A DNA stretch of 64,000 nucleotides, from NCBI GenBank assembly GCA_023392945.1, contig JAEWNB010000136.1, forward strand, positions 3,050 to 67,049, given 5' to 3'. The stretch comes from Bacteroidota bacterium (lineage in GTDB: Bacteria; Bacteroidota; Bacteroidia; Bacteroidales; WCHB1-69). This document shows, piece by piece, positions 9,616 to 19,418 of this stretch (position 1 is its first letter; each line of letters starts with the position of its first letter). The position numbers were made by a program, and so were the translations under genes. Below the pieces are notes generated by a model. That model was given only the letters and a program-made list of their open reading frames with translations. It was not told where the DNA came from and ran no database searches.

Positions 9616-11492
9616 ATTTCCCCTTTATCTATTAAATATCTCACCACTTTAATAACTTTCTCTTCGGGATAATCCCCGGACAAAGAAAAAATCACCTCTT
9701 TCAACTTAACATTTCCCGAGTTAACAGTACTTTTCACAGCCTCGGCAATAACCTTAAATTCGTCTGCCGATAGATTCAATTTGTGAATTTTCAGACATAC
9801 ATCACACTTGCCACATGGGGTACTTTTCTTCTCCCCAAAATATTGGAGCAATAACTCACTGCGACAACGGTCGGTGCAATTCACAAAATTCAATACAGCA
9901 TCTAACCGTTTTTGGGCGACCGACTTTCGTTGCTTATAAATCACATCGTCAAAATAGAGATATTTTTCATCCACACGATTCTCAACAAAAAGCAACTCCG
10001 GTTTTCCTGTACGGCACTTGTAGTCAATAACTCCAATTTTGGCGAGCGAAAGAAGATGATCTTCCACCTCTTTCTCCTCAACATTCATCCTTCGGGCAAG
10101 GAGACTTTCGTTGACATTGACATAATCGGTAAATAAGCCTGAATAGGAACGAAGCAGCAATTTTATAAAATCCTCAAAAGCGGGATATAGTGCATAGAAT
10201 TTTTCAAAATCCTCAGACTTTAACATCAGATGAACCGAAGAACTTTGTTTTGCATTTTCCGTCAAAAGTAACACCCCTATTTTTTCAAGAAAACTAATGC
10301 AATTAAACAATACTAAAGGCTTAAGATTAAATTTATTTGCAAAAAAATCAATATCAAAAGGATAGGATGAATTCTCACCGGTTCCTACTGCAACCCCGAA
10401 ATGATTTGCCAAATCCCTATAAGTTTTTTTAATAACTGGGGGTTTAGGAAACGAGAGTTCAAAATTAGTTAGTAATTCTTTCAAGTCGGCATCATCATAC
10501 AACATCACAGCAATTGAGGCTTTTTCATCTCTACCTCCTCTTCCTGCTTCCTGAAAATAGGCTTCCAGGGTATCCGGAATGTCAAGATGCACCACAAATC
10601 TTACGTCAGGTTTGTCGATTCCCATTCCAAAAGCATTTGTTGAGACAATAACCCTTGTTTTTCCGGACATCCAATTGCGTTGTCTCTCATCACGGACAGT
10701 ACTATCAAGACCCGCATGATAGTAGTCTGCGGCAATTCCATTTCTTTTTAAAAATTCGGCAATTCCTCTGGTCTTCCTCCTATTTCTCACATAGACGATC
10801 CCGGTCCCGGGATTGCGTTTCATCAGCCTCAACATACGATTCTGTTTATCTTCCTCTTTAATAATAAAGTATGTTAAATTGTCGCGCTTAAAACTTTTTT
10901 GAAACAGATTTTTATTTTTAAAAAGCAATTTTTCCTGAATATCAATCACCACTTCGGGAGTAGCAGTAGCAGTCAGAGCCAATACCGGCACAGCAGGAAA
11001 AAATTGTCTGATTTCTGCAATTTCGAGATATGGCGGACGAAAATCATATCCCCATTGCGAAATACAATGGGCTTCATCCACCGCTACCAGCGAAACCTTC
11101 ATCTTCCTGATATTCACTCTAAAAAGATCCGTCTTCAATCTTTCGGGTGAAACATAAAGGAACTTGTAGTCATCAGACAGAACAGCGTTGTTAATAATCA
11201 ACTCGATTTCATGTTGCGACATACCTGAATAGATAGCGGCAGCTTTAATTTTCTTATTTTTCAAATTTTCCACCTGATCTTTCATCAGCGCAATAAGCGG
11301 AGAAACCACTATACAAAGTCCTTCCATAGCAAGTGCCGGAACCTGAAAGCAAATGGACTTGCCTCCTCCGGTAGGTAATAATGCCAGTGTATCTTTGCCT
11401 TCGAGAACCGATAAAATAATATCTTCCTGAAGCGGGCGGAAATGATCGTACCCCCAATACTTTTTCAAAATTTCACGAATACGATCTTTCAT
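9600..11492 (-). CDS. recQ: ATP-dependent DNA helicase RecQ
   Basis: 630 aa. Has GGGKS Walker A, the DEAH box (VDEAHCISQWGYDFRPPY), an RQC zinc-binding Cys cluster (CRSELLLQYFGE...CGKCDVC) and a C-terminal HRDC-like region. Confidence 0.9.
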   Translation of the reverse strand: MKDRIREILKKYWGYDHFRPLQEDIILSVLEGKDTLALLPTGGGKSICFQVPALAMEGLCIVVSPLIALMKDQVENLKNKKIKAAAIYSGMSQHEIELIINNAVLSDDYKFLYVSPERLKTDLFRVNIRKMKVSLVAVDEAHCISQWGYDFRPPYLEIAEIRQFFPAVPVLALTATATPEVVIDIQEKLLFKNKNLFQKSFKRDNLTYFIIKEEDKQNRMLRLMKRNPGTGIVYVRNRRKTRGIAEFLKRNGIAADYYHAGLDSTVRDERQRNWMSGKTRVIVSTNAFGMGIDKPDVRFVVHLDIPDTLEAYFQEAGRGGRDEKASIAVMLYDDADLKELLTNFELSFPKPPVIKKTYRDLANHFGVAVGTGENSSYPFDIDFFANKFNLKPLVLFNCISFLEKIGVLLLTENAKQSSSVHLMLKSEDFEKFYALYPAFEDFIKLLLRSYSGLFTDYVNVNESLLARRMNVEEKEVEDHLLSLAKIGVIDYKCRTGKPELLFVENRVDEKYLYFDDVIYKQRKSVAQKRLDAVLNFVNCTDRCRSELLLQYFGEKKSTPCGKCDVCLKIHKLNLSADEFKVIAEAVKSTVNSGNVKLKEVIFSLSGDYPEEKVIKVVRYLIDKGEIKNCH

Positions 11493-11684
11493 AATCTTCT
11501 TTGACGTCTAATCAGTTGGCAAATTTACACGAAATAAGTTATACCACAAACATCCTGCAAAAGATTTGATTTTGTTTATTTCTTTTATTCTTTAATAAAG
11601 GGGAGAAATTACTTTTACAAAAAACAGTGAATTCTATTCACATAATACATTTACAGCATACCCATCACATTCTGACATTTTATC

Positions 11685-11692
11685 TATATTTG
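11685..11692 (+). promoter_or_regulatory. Bacteroidota-type -7 promoter box (TATATTTG)
   Basis: Matches TAnnTTTG, 20 nt upstream of the ATG at 11712. Confidence 0.45.
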
Positions 11693-11711
11693 CAAAGTTA
11701 AAAAAAGGACT

Positions 11712-12791
11712 ATGAAAAACTATTTAATTTCAGGCATTCAGCAAATTGGCGTTGGGACAGTCGATATGGAAGCATCCTGGAAATGGTATATCGAACATTT
11801 CCAGATTGATATACGTATTTTGGAAGATGACACCGTTGCTGAACTGATGTTGCCTTACACCGGCAATTCTCCCCAGAAACGTCATGCTTGCATCGCCATT
11901 AATATGCAAGGAGGAGGAGGATTGGAGATATGGCAATATTCAGAACGCAAACCGCAACCGGTAGGTTTTGATATTCAGGTTGGCGATCTTGGAATATTCT
12001 GTACCAAAATTAAAAGTCGTGATGTTGCAAAGCTTTATGCAGAAATAAAAACAAAATATTCCAATATCAGCGAATTAACTTTTGACCCCGAAGGGAAACC
12101 CACTTTTTTTGTTCAAGACCCATGGGGGAATTATTTCCAGATAGTTCAATATAAATCCATTTACGTGGAAGAACATCGTTATGCAGGAGGGGCACTGGGC
12201 TGCATGATTGGTGTCACTGATATTGACAAAGCTTTGATAGTTTACCGCGACATTTTGGGCTATGATCAAATTGTGTTCGACAAAAGTGGTCAGTTTGAAG
12301 ACCTAAAGTTTATGAAAGGTGGTGACCAAAGCTATCGGCGGGTATTACTGACTCATTCCAAACCCAGACAGGGAGCATTCTCAGAGATGCTCGGGCATAG
12401 CTGGATTGAACTGATAGTTGCCATGGAACGTATTCCTAAAAAGATTTTTGAAGGAAGATTCTGGGGAGATCCGGGCTTTATTCAAATTTGTTTCGATGTG
12501 ACTTATATGGACTCATTGCGCAATTTTTGCGAGTCAAAAGGCTTTCCCTTTACTGTTGACAGCTCCATCAATAAAAACAATGCCGACACTTTTGACATGG
12601 GAGATGCCGCCGGAAGATTTGCCTATATTGAAGATCCCGATGGCACTTTAATTGAATTTGTTGAAACACATAAATTGCCTGTTATCAAAAAAATGGGTAT
12701 CAACATCGACTTAAGAAAGAGGAAACGCGAGAAAGCACTACCCCGCTTTTTGCTTGGATTTTTGAGAATGAACAGATTTAAAATACAGTAG
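11712..12791 (+). CDS. VOC (glyoxalase/bleomycin-resistance/dioxygenase) family protein
   Basis: 359 aa with two tandem VOC-like modules (GIQQIGVGTVDMEASWKWY..., FVQDPWGNYFQIV, YIEDPDGTLIEFVE). Confidence 0.6.
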   Translation: MKNYLISGIQQIGVGTVDMEASWKWYIEHFQIDIRILEDDTVAELMLPYTGNSPQKRHACIAINMQGGGGLEIWQYSERKPQPVGFDIQVGDLGIFCTKIKSRDVAKLYAEIKTKYSNISELTFDPEGKPTFFVQDPWGNYFQIVQYKSIYVEEHRYAGGALGCMIGVTDIDKALIVYRDILGYDQIVFDKSGQFEDLKFMKGGDQSYRRVLLTHSKPRQGAFSEMLGHSWIELIVAMERIPKKIFEGRFWGDPGFIQICFDVTYMDSLRNFCESKGFPFTVDSSINKNNADTFDMGDAAGRFAYIEDPDGTLIEFVETHKLPVIKKMGINIDLRKRKREKALPRFLLGFLRMNRFKIQ

Positions 12792-12795
12792 CTTT

Positions 12796-13410
12796 ATGGG
12801 AAATCTTTATAATTTATTGATGAAGGATGATCGATTTGAAGAGTCGCTAAAAGCTTGTATGAATTGTGGGATATGTACTGCAATATGTCCTGCAGCAGAA
12901 TTCTTCGACTATGATCCCAGAAAAATTTGCGATATTGTGCAAAGAAAAGATGAAGCTGAAATCGAAAATTTACTCCGTTCAGAAACCATCTGGTATTGCG
13001 GACAGTGTATGTCGTGCAAAACGCGCTGTCCCAGAAACAATGCCCCCGGTGTCTTGATAAATGTGTTGAGAAAATATTCTCAGGAGCTTGGCTATAATAA
13101 CGATAGTGTAATGGGGCGGCAACAATCAGAACTGGTAAACAGTATTGGGAAAAACATCTTGGAGATTGGTTATTGTGTACATCCTGACAGAGTTGACCCT
13201 GAAGTTCATCCAGAACAAGGTCCGGTCTGGAAATGGTATCGCGAGCACATTGAAGATATTGCCCCAAAACTGGGCGCTAATTACAATGGGGACGGGCCGG
13301 GAGCCCTTCGTAAGATACGACAGGAGAACCTTGATGAGATCCGCAAAATATTTGAAGCCACCGGCGGACGTGAACTCCAAAATAAAATTCTTCGCAAAAG
13401 AAAAAAATAA
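12796..13410 (+). CDS. 4Fe-4S dicluster protein, heterodisulfide reductase subunit C-like
   Basis: 204 aa with two CxxCxxCxxxCP motifs (CMNCGICTAICP, CGQCMSCKTRCP). Confidence 0.65.
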   Translation: MGNLYNLLMKDDRFEESLKACMNCGICTAICPAAEFFDYDPRKICDIVQRKDEAEIENLLRSETIWYCGQCMSCKTRCPRNNAPGVLINVLRKYSQELGYNNDSVMGRQQSELVNSIGKNILEIGYCVHPDRVDPEVHPEQGPVWKWYREHIEDIAPKLGANYNGDGPGALRKIRQENLDEIRKIFEATGGRELQNKILRKRKK

Positions 13411-13441
13411 ACGCCATTTTACTTTAATCAATATAAAAAAA

Positions 13442-13478
13442 AATAACCTTCAAATTGATTGAAGGTTATTATCTTTTT
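13442..13478. terminator. hairpin terminator between the Fe-S gene and the tRNA pair
   Basis: 12-bp perfect stem aataaccttcaa / ttgaaggttatt (13442-13453 and 13459-13470) followed by a T-rich run. Confidence 0.55.
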
Positions 13479-13483
13479 GCAAG

Positions 13484-13556
13484 TGACTCCGGTTGGGATC
13501 GAACCAACAGCCTATTGCTTAGAAGGCAATTGCTCTATCCATTGAGCTACGGAGCC
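13484..13556 (-). tRNA. tRNA-Arg (anticodon TCT)
   Basis: The reverse complement reads GGCTCCGTAGCTCAATGGATAGAGCAATTGCCTTCTAAGCAATAGGCTGTTGGTTCGATCCCAACCGGAGTCA. It shows an acceptor stem, GTTCGATCC T-arm and anticodon loop CT-TCT-AA. No CCA is encoded. Confidence 0.9.
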
Positions 13557-13564
13557 TCGTTCGG

Positions 13565-13639
13565 TCGGGATAGCAAGATTCGAACTTGCGACCTCCTGCT
13601 CCCAAAGCAGGCGCGATAACCGGACTACGCTATATCCCG
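13565..13639 (-). tRNA. tRNA-Pro (anticodon TGG)
   Basis: The reverse complement reads CGGGATATAGCGTAGTCCGGTTATCGCGCCTGCTTTGGGAGCAGGAGGTCGCAAGTTCGAATCTTGCTATCCCGA. It shows the anticodon loop TT-TGG-GA and a GTTCGAATC T-arm. Confidence 0.9.
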
Positions 13640-13731
13640 ATTTTGAGGGTGCAAAAATACACTTTTTTTTTATTCTGCATTATAAAAAAAGAAAAAAAGA
13701 TTTTTTGTACCTTTGCATCAAATAATCACGA

Positions 13732-14799
13732 ATGAATCTGGATTTTTCTAGTAGAATTGCTGCTTTCACAGAATTGGGAAATATAATCAGAAATAGAGCT
13801 CAATGCCCTTTTTCTATGGAAATAATCGAAGCTATTGAAAAACAATCCATTGAAAATCATTGGTTTATCACCTCTTTTATCAATTATTCTTTGGATGCAA
13901 TTGCTACAATGCTGAAGGATGACAAACTTCGGGAACTTGAAAATTATTACTTAGCTATTCCAGATATTGAGCTGAACCTGAATAAAATGATTGCCGTTAT
14001 TGCTGCAGGAAATATTCCTGTTGCTGCTTTTCATGACTTTTTCTCCGTATTAGTAAGCGGAAACCGCTTTATGGGGAAACTCTCTTCTCATGACTCTATT
14101 TTGCTACCTCTTATTGCCAAAATATTGACCGATATTGAACCTGTATTTAAAGACAGCTTTTGTTTTGTTGATAAAATTGCCTCTTTTGATAAAGTGATTG
14201 CCAATGGAAGCAATAACAGCAACCGATATTTTGAGTATTATTTTAAAAAACAGCCAAATATTCTGCGTAAACATAAAAATAGCCTGGCAATTTTATCAGG
14301 AAATGAGACCGATGAAGAACTTGTCGGTTTATTCAAGGATATATTTCTTTATTTCGGCTTAGGCTGTCGTTCTGTCTCCAAACTGTTTGTCCCTCAGAAT
14401 TATGATTTCAGCAACCTGTTGCGAATATTTACAGAAAACAGCGAAGAGATTTCAACACACAATCATTATCTGAACAACCTGGAATATCAAAGAGCTATCC
14501 ATCTGATTAATGGCTATTCCTTTTTAGACTTGGGCATTGTATTGCTGGAAGAAAAAGAGGAGGTAGCCTCCCCTATCGGAATCCTTAATTTCCAATATTA
14601 CAACTCTTTGGATGATGTTGTCTTTTTTTTGAATCAAAACAAAGATAAAATTCAATGTATTGTTTCCCGGTCGGCATATTTTCCCGATGCAGTTCCGTTT
14701 GGCAAAGCTCAAAATCCCGAAATAATGGACTTTGCCGATGGTATTGATACCATACGATGGTGTGCTTCCCCTGCTTCACTTAATGCGATAAATCAGTAA
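13732..14799 (+). CDS. acyl-CoA reductase (LuxC-like) family protein
   Basis: 355 aa. Overall resemblance to the ~350-aa Bacteroidota LuxC-like proteins (N-terminal RIAAFTELG..., FGLGCRSVSKLFVP). Assigned from memory of the family, not from a search. Confidence 0.5.
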   Translation: MNLDFSSRIAAFTELGNIIRNRAQCPFSMEIIEAIEKQSIENHWFITSFINYSLDAIATMLKDDKLRELENYYLAIPDIELNLNKMIAVIAAGNIPVAAFHDFFSVLVSGNRFMGKLSSHDSILLPLIAKILTDIEPVFKDSFCFVDKIASFDKVIANGSNNSNRYFEYYFKKQPNILRKHKNSLAILSGNETDEELVGLFKDIFLYFGLGCRSVSKLFVPQNYDFSNLLRIFTENSEEISTHNHYLNNLEYQRAIHLINGYSFLDLGIVLLEEKEEVASPIGILNFQYYNSLDDVVFFLNQNKDKIQCIVSRSAYFPDAVPFGKAQNPEIMDFADGIDTIRWCASPASLNAINQ

Positions 14800-14828
14800 T
14801 AACATTTTGTAATCATGCAACATAACTT

Positions 14829-16403
14829 ATGAAAAGAAAACTGATTATTCCCATTTCAATTCTTTTGACTATCACTTCATTTATGCTCGTAGTGACTATC
14901 TTTAAGTTATATACCGAAGCTGAAAAAGTGCAAAGAAGCATCTTTGCCAGTGAAGTTCTTGCTGCAGGTGAAGAAATTGTGGGCAAGATAGATGCCGTTT
15001 TAAAAGGAGATACTCTTCCCTTTACTATTGAATTGCCGGAAAATAAAAATGACTCTACTCCTGCCGTTTATCATAAATATTCCAAAAAATTTCTACTCGA
15101 TTCGACCTCATCCAAGCCTGTCGGCATTGTCAAAAGTACTATTTCTTATACCGCCAAAACTATTTTTATTACAGAATATGATACTACCTTTTTTGACACA
15201 AACTACAGGAAAAACTTCAAATTTATTCCTCCCGTTTGGGATGAAGAGATGGATTATTTAAAATTTGAAGATAAAAATGAAAGAGCAAGAAAAAGCAAAA
15301 ATAAATTGGATATCAATCTAATAGAAATGGACAGCAACACTATTAATTTGCTAAACAAAGAATTTTTGAACAGAATAATTAAAGAATCTTTGGGTGTTGC
15401 CACTATTGAAGCCGATTTTGATTTTGCCCTTTACAATGCTTTTACTACCAATTTCGTAGTTCCTCCATCAATTACAACTCCTGAAAACATTCTCCAAAGT
15501 GAATATGTTTTTGCCCTCAAGAAAAATGACAAATTCATTTCACCTCATTATTTAATTCTCTACTTCCCTGATGAAAGAGGAATCTATTTTCAACGTATGG
15601 GCACTATTGCCGTTTTGATTATCAGCCTTTTAACCATAATTCTTATAATATCAGGATTAACATTATACTACCTTTACAGACAAAAAAAGATTGCCGATGT
15701 CCGCAACGACTTTATAAACAACATGACTCATGAGTTTAAAACGCCAATTGCGACCATATCATTGGCTTGTGAAGCAATTTCAGATGAAAGTGTTCTGGAA
15801 GACACAGAGACCAAAATTGCCTATATTTCTATTATCAGAGACGAAAACAATCGTCTTAAAAACATGGTTAATAATATATTACAAATAGCCCAGCTCAAGA
15901 AAGGACAACTCAAGATGGATATTGAGCGTTTCGATATCCATGAATTAATCAAAAACATTGCGGAAAGTGTCTCTTTGCAAATCACTTCAAATAATGGGCA
16001 TCTTTCTTTATATCTAGACGCTACTCAAAATTTTATCTTTGCTGACAAGACTCATATTGAAAACTGCATTATCAATCTGGTGGAAAATGCCATCAAATAT
16101 TCAAAAAACAATTCCGAAATAGAAATTAAAACTGAGAGTGACAAGAAAAATCTAATAATTTCGGTCAAAGATAATGGAATCGGGATTTCTAAAAAGAACC
16201 AGAAGAGAATTTTTCATGAATTTTACAGAGTTTCCAAAGGGAATGTTCATGACACTAACGGCTATGGAATGGGTCTTGATTATGTTAAAAAGATTGTATC
16301 TTTACACGACGGTTCAATTACGGTTCAAAGTGAAATTAACAAAGGAAGCATATTTACTTTATATTTGCCAATCAAAAAAATAGAATATGGAAACACCAAT
16401 TAA
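14829..16403 (+). CDS. sensor histidine kinase
   Basis: 524 aa with two TM segments. HisKA H-box (NMTHEFKTPIATI) and HATPase_c N/G boxes (NLVENAIKYS, DNGIGIS, GYGMGL). Confidence 0.85.
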   Translation: MKRKLIIPISILLTITSFMLVVTIFKLYTEAEKVQRSIFASEVLAAGEEIVGKIDAVLKGDTLPFTIELPENKNDSTPAVYHKYSKKFLLDSTSSKPVGIVKSTISYTAKTIFITEYDTTFFDTNYRKNFKFIPPVWDEEMDYLKFEDKNERARKSKNKLDINLIEMDSNTINLLNKEFLNRIIKESLGVATIEADFDFALYNAFTTNFVVPPSITTPENILQSEYVFALKKNDKFISPHYLILYFPDERGIYFQRMGTIAVLIISLLTIILIISGLTLYYLYRQKKIADVRNDFINNMTHEFKTPIATISLACEAISDESVLEDTETKIAYISIIRDENNRLKNMVNNILQIAQLKKGQLKMDIERFDIHELIKNIAESVSLQITSNNGHLSLYLDATQNFIFADKTHIENCIINLVENAIKYSKNNSEIEIKTESDKKNLIISVKDNGIGISKKNQKRIFHEFYRVSKGNVHDTNGYGMGLDYVKKIVSLHDGSITVQSEINKGSIFTLYLPIKKIEYGNTN

Positions 16404-17076
16404 AATTTTATTAGCTGAAGATGATGTAAACCTTGGTAAAGTTTTGACTACCTACCTCGAAGCTAAAGGTTATACAGTTAAACATGCCAATAACGGTGAA
16501 ATGGCTTTTGATTTTTTTTGCACCAACAACTTTGACATCTGTCTGGTTGATGTGATGATGCCTCTTAAAGATGGCTTTACACTGGCAAAAGAAATCAGAA
16601 AAATGGACAAAAAAATCCCCATTATCTTCTTAACTGCCAAAAATTTCCAGGAAGATATGATAGAAGGCCTTTCAATTGGTGGTGACGACTATATCACAAA
16701 GCCATTTTCAATGGAAGTACTTTTAGCCAGATTACAAGCATTATTGAGACGAACTATTCAGGAAAGCGATAAGGTTGAACAGTCAGTTTTTCAGCTTGGA
16801 ACAATAAGTTTTGACGTAAATCACCAGACACTTACCAGCAATGGAAAAGAGACCCGCCTGACCACCCGTGAATCTGAACTTCTTACTATGTTAATTCACA
16901 AAAAAAATGAGGTACTTGAAAGAGAATTTGCCCTTAAAAAAATATGGGGAGACGACAGCTATTACAACGCAAGAAGTATGGATGTCTATATCACCAAACT
17001 GAGAAAGTTCTTTAAAGACGACCCATCTGTTCAAATTATCAATGTACACGGAATCGGCTTTAAACTTGTCATGTAA
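16387..17076 (+). CDS. OmpR-family response regulator transcription factor
   Basis: 229 aa. Receiver domain (LLAEDD...DVMMP...LTAK) plus a winged-helix trans_reg_C tail (VHGIGFKLV). Overlaps the kinase gene by 17 nt. Confidence 0.9.
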   Translation: METPIKILLAEDDVNLGKVLTTYLEAKGYTVKHANNGEMAFDFFCTNNFDICLVDVMMPLKDGFTLAKEIRKMDKKIPIIFLTAKNFQEDMIEGLSIGGDDYITKPFSMEVLLARLQALLRRTIQESDKVEQSVFQLGTISFDVNHQTLTSNGKETRLTTRESELLTMLIHKKNEVLEREFALKKIWGDDSYYNARSMDVYITKLRKFFKDDPSVQIINVHGIGFKLVM

Positions 17077-17111
17077 AGCTACTTCCGCTTGTATTTTAAT
17101 TCTTTTCGCTA

Positions 17112-19244
17112 TTAGGTTATCAATTTCAACTTCTTATTTCTGAACAGTTTAATCAGAAAAAAGATACCACACCCAATCCACGTAATCAATTCTGCCATAA
17201 AGGCATACAGAATATCTAACCGTTTATAGGTAAATTCAATTTGATGAGAACCTTTCGGAACATTCACCGACATCAGGGAATTATCAATAATTTCAATTTT
17301 CAGCGATTTACCTTTTTCAGTCGTAGCAATCCATCCCGGGTAATAATTCTGACAAATCACCACAGGTCGTTCAATTTCTGTTTTGGTAGCAAGTAAAATA
17401 TCTCCGGGATTAAACCTGACAATAGTCACGTTTGACAAATAGCTGCTTGAATATGATTTGGTAAATTGCCTATTATTGGTGTATGCACTATCCACACTTA
17501 AAAAAAGTGGCTTATCAGAATAGATAATTTCATCAGGGAAGAATGCTACCTCTGATAATGAAAGACGCTTTTCACTTTTGAAATAGGGAGTCAGCATATC
17601 TTCATGCTTTTTGATTACTACGGGCATATAGCTATCCCATTCAATTTTTTTCGCAAATATTCCCAAATTTCTCCAAAAAGGGCCAAATTCGCCCACAGAA
17701 TAGAGGTTCTCGCTGGAAGTAACTTCACGGGGTATGGGATATCCCGTTGGTTTTGATGACAACATCTCGGCAAATTGCTTATTCGTATAATTATTCATAA
17801 AACCGGTACGCTGAGTACAAATCCACCCATTCAAAACCAAGTCTGCAATTAATACAAACATCACTATTTTTACAAGATGTTTAATATCAGCAAAAATTGA
17901 TATCAAAACAACAGTAAGTAAAAGAATTTGCATCAATGACTCATAGAAAAACTTATGATAAAGGGAACTGTCGTTGATCGCAGAAAAATTAAAAGAGATA
18001 AAATCCAGAAAAATTGTTTTATCCTCAACCATCAACAGAACAGAAAATAGCAAAAAACAAATCAACAATGTGATAGTAAAAATAAGGAATCGTTTTTTGT
18101 ACCGAGAAAAATCAGAAATAAAAATATCAAAGCCTTTCGCTGCAACCAACAAGATTGCAATAATGACAAATAGCCTAAAAATGGCAGGTATTCGTATTAA
18201 ATTAAACAATGGCAAAGCAAAAAACGCCCATTTATGAACCGGTAAAAAACTTCCCAACGAAAGCAACAGACAAAACAGTCCCCAATAGCCGATTATTTTC
18301 AGGGGAGAACTCTTTTTTTGAAACAATCCCAAAAAGAAAAAGAAAATGGTTAGCACCCCAACATAGATGGTTCCCATAGAAATATCCGTTTTGATGAATG
18401 CCCCTTCACTACAAGCAATCCAAGGGAAAAGCAGAGAAATAAAACTTTGAGGAGTAAAAGCAATCTCAGAAGCTCTTGAATAGGAAAGAGTATCTCCTCG
18501 GGTAATAAAACTCTTTATTTCAACGAATGAAATTACTGAAGGAAGTATCAAAAGAAGGCAAAGAACCCCGGCTAATATGAGAAATGGAATTAATTTTTTG
18601 AAATAGCTTTTATTTTTAATATTTACAACAATATAATAGAACAATAGGGCAACAAAAAGGTAGAAAAGAATAAAACTAAAGCCCGGATAGCCTCCTGTAA
18701 ATAAAAGGGATGCAAAAACAGCCATCCCAACCGCATTTTTGGCACGAGGATTTTCAAAAAAGTCAAGCAAAAAATGAAGCACCCAAGGCACCCAAGTTGC
18801 GGCAATAATCCAAGAAATATGCTGTGCATTTCCCACAAAGAAGCCCGACAATATATAGCAACAAGCAACCATCAGGGCAGCACTTTTTTTATCCACAAAC
18901 CGCCGTGTCAACAGAAAGAATCCGCTTCCGGCAAGAAAAACATGCAAGACAAATTCAATACCCCAGGTTACAGGAGAATAACCACCGAAAATCGATAGTA
19001 TCCATAAAGGGAGATAAAAGGTTCCCGACTGTGGATCCGCATGAACCGGCAACCCCATTGACTGATAGGGCAGCCATATCGGAAAAATATTATGATGAAT
19101 AGCTTCAAACATGAAGTATCTGCCCGGGAAAAACTCATCTGCAAAATCATAAATCGGAGCATACAAAAACATCCAGAAATAGGCAGCTATACTTATAAAT
19201 AAAATAAAAAGAAAATAAGGATAGTCGGACTTAGCTTTTTTCAT
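17112..19244 (-). CDS. YfhO-like polytopic membrane protein
   Basis: The track ORF starts at a TTG (19292). I prefer the ATG at 19244 (MKKAKSDY...), which has a TATTTTTG -7 box 17 nt upstream (plus-strand caaaaata at 19261-19268). Many TM helices. The N-terminal FPIWLPYQSMGLPVHADPQSGTFYLP resembles the YfhO family. Confidence 0.5.
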   Translation of the reverse strand: MKKAKSDYPYFLFILFISIAAYFWMFLYAPIYDFADEFFPGRYFMFEAIHHNIFPIWLPYQSMGLPVHADPQSGTFYLPLWILSIFGGYSPVTWGIEFVLHVFLAGSGFFLLTRRFVDKKSAALMVACCYILSGFFVGNAQHISWIIAATWVPWVLHFLLDFFENPRAKNAVGMAVFASLLFTGGYPGFSFILFYLFVALLFYYIVVNIKNKSYFKKLIPFLILAGVLCLLLILPSVISFVEIKSFITRGDTLSYSRASEIAFTPQSFISLLFPWIACSEGAFIKTDISMGTIYVGVLTIFFFFLGLFQKKSSPLKIIGYWGLFCLLLSLGSFLPVHKWAFFALPLFNLIRIPAIFRLFVIIAILLVAAKGFDIFISDFSRYKKRFLIFTITLLICFLLFSVLLMVEDKTIFLDFISFNFSAINDSSLYHKFFYESLMQILLLTVVLISIFADIKHLVKIVMFVLIADLVLNGWICTQRTGFMNNYTNKQFAEMLSSKPTGYPIPREVTSSENLYSVGEFGPFWRNLGIFAKKIEWDSYMPVVIKKHEDMLTPYFKSEKRLSLSEVAFFPDEIIYSDKPLFLSVDSAYTNNRQFTKSYSSSYLSNVTIVRFNPGDILLATKTEIERPVVICQNYYPGWIATTEKGKSLKIEIIDNSLMSVNVPKGSHQIEFTYKRLDILYAFMAELITWIGCGIFFLIKLFRNKKLKLIT

Positions 19245-19363
19245 AATAAAATTTATATGGCAAAAATATAAAATCATTTCTTTCGTCAGCAAGAAATGAG
19301 AAATTGAGAAAATTAATTTATAATTACCTATTTATTATAAATTGAATGAATGCATTAATTGAT

Positions 19364-19371
19364 TATTTTTG
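19364..19371 (+). promoter_or_regulatory. Bacteroidota-type -7 promoter box (TATTTTTG) upstream of glnS
   Basis: Matches TAnnTTTG about 48 nt upstream of the glnS ATG. Confidence 0.4.
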
Positions 19372-19418
19372 CACCTTAGTTTTTTATGGTAATACCTTAA
19401 CCTAATTATAATTTGAGT

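Noticed and set aside
12794-13267. 157-aa minus-strand ORF
   Set aside because: It is antisense to the Fe-S protein gene, which carries two clean CxxCxxCxxxCP motifs. This ORF has no motif or start signal of its own.
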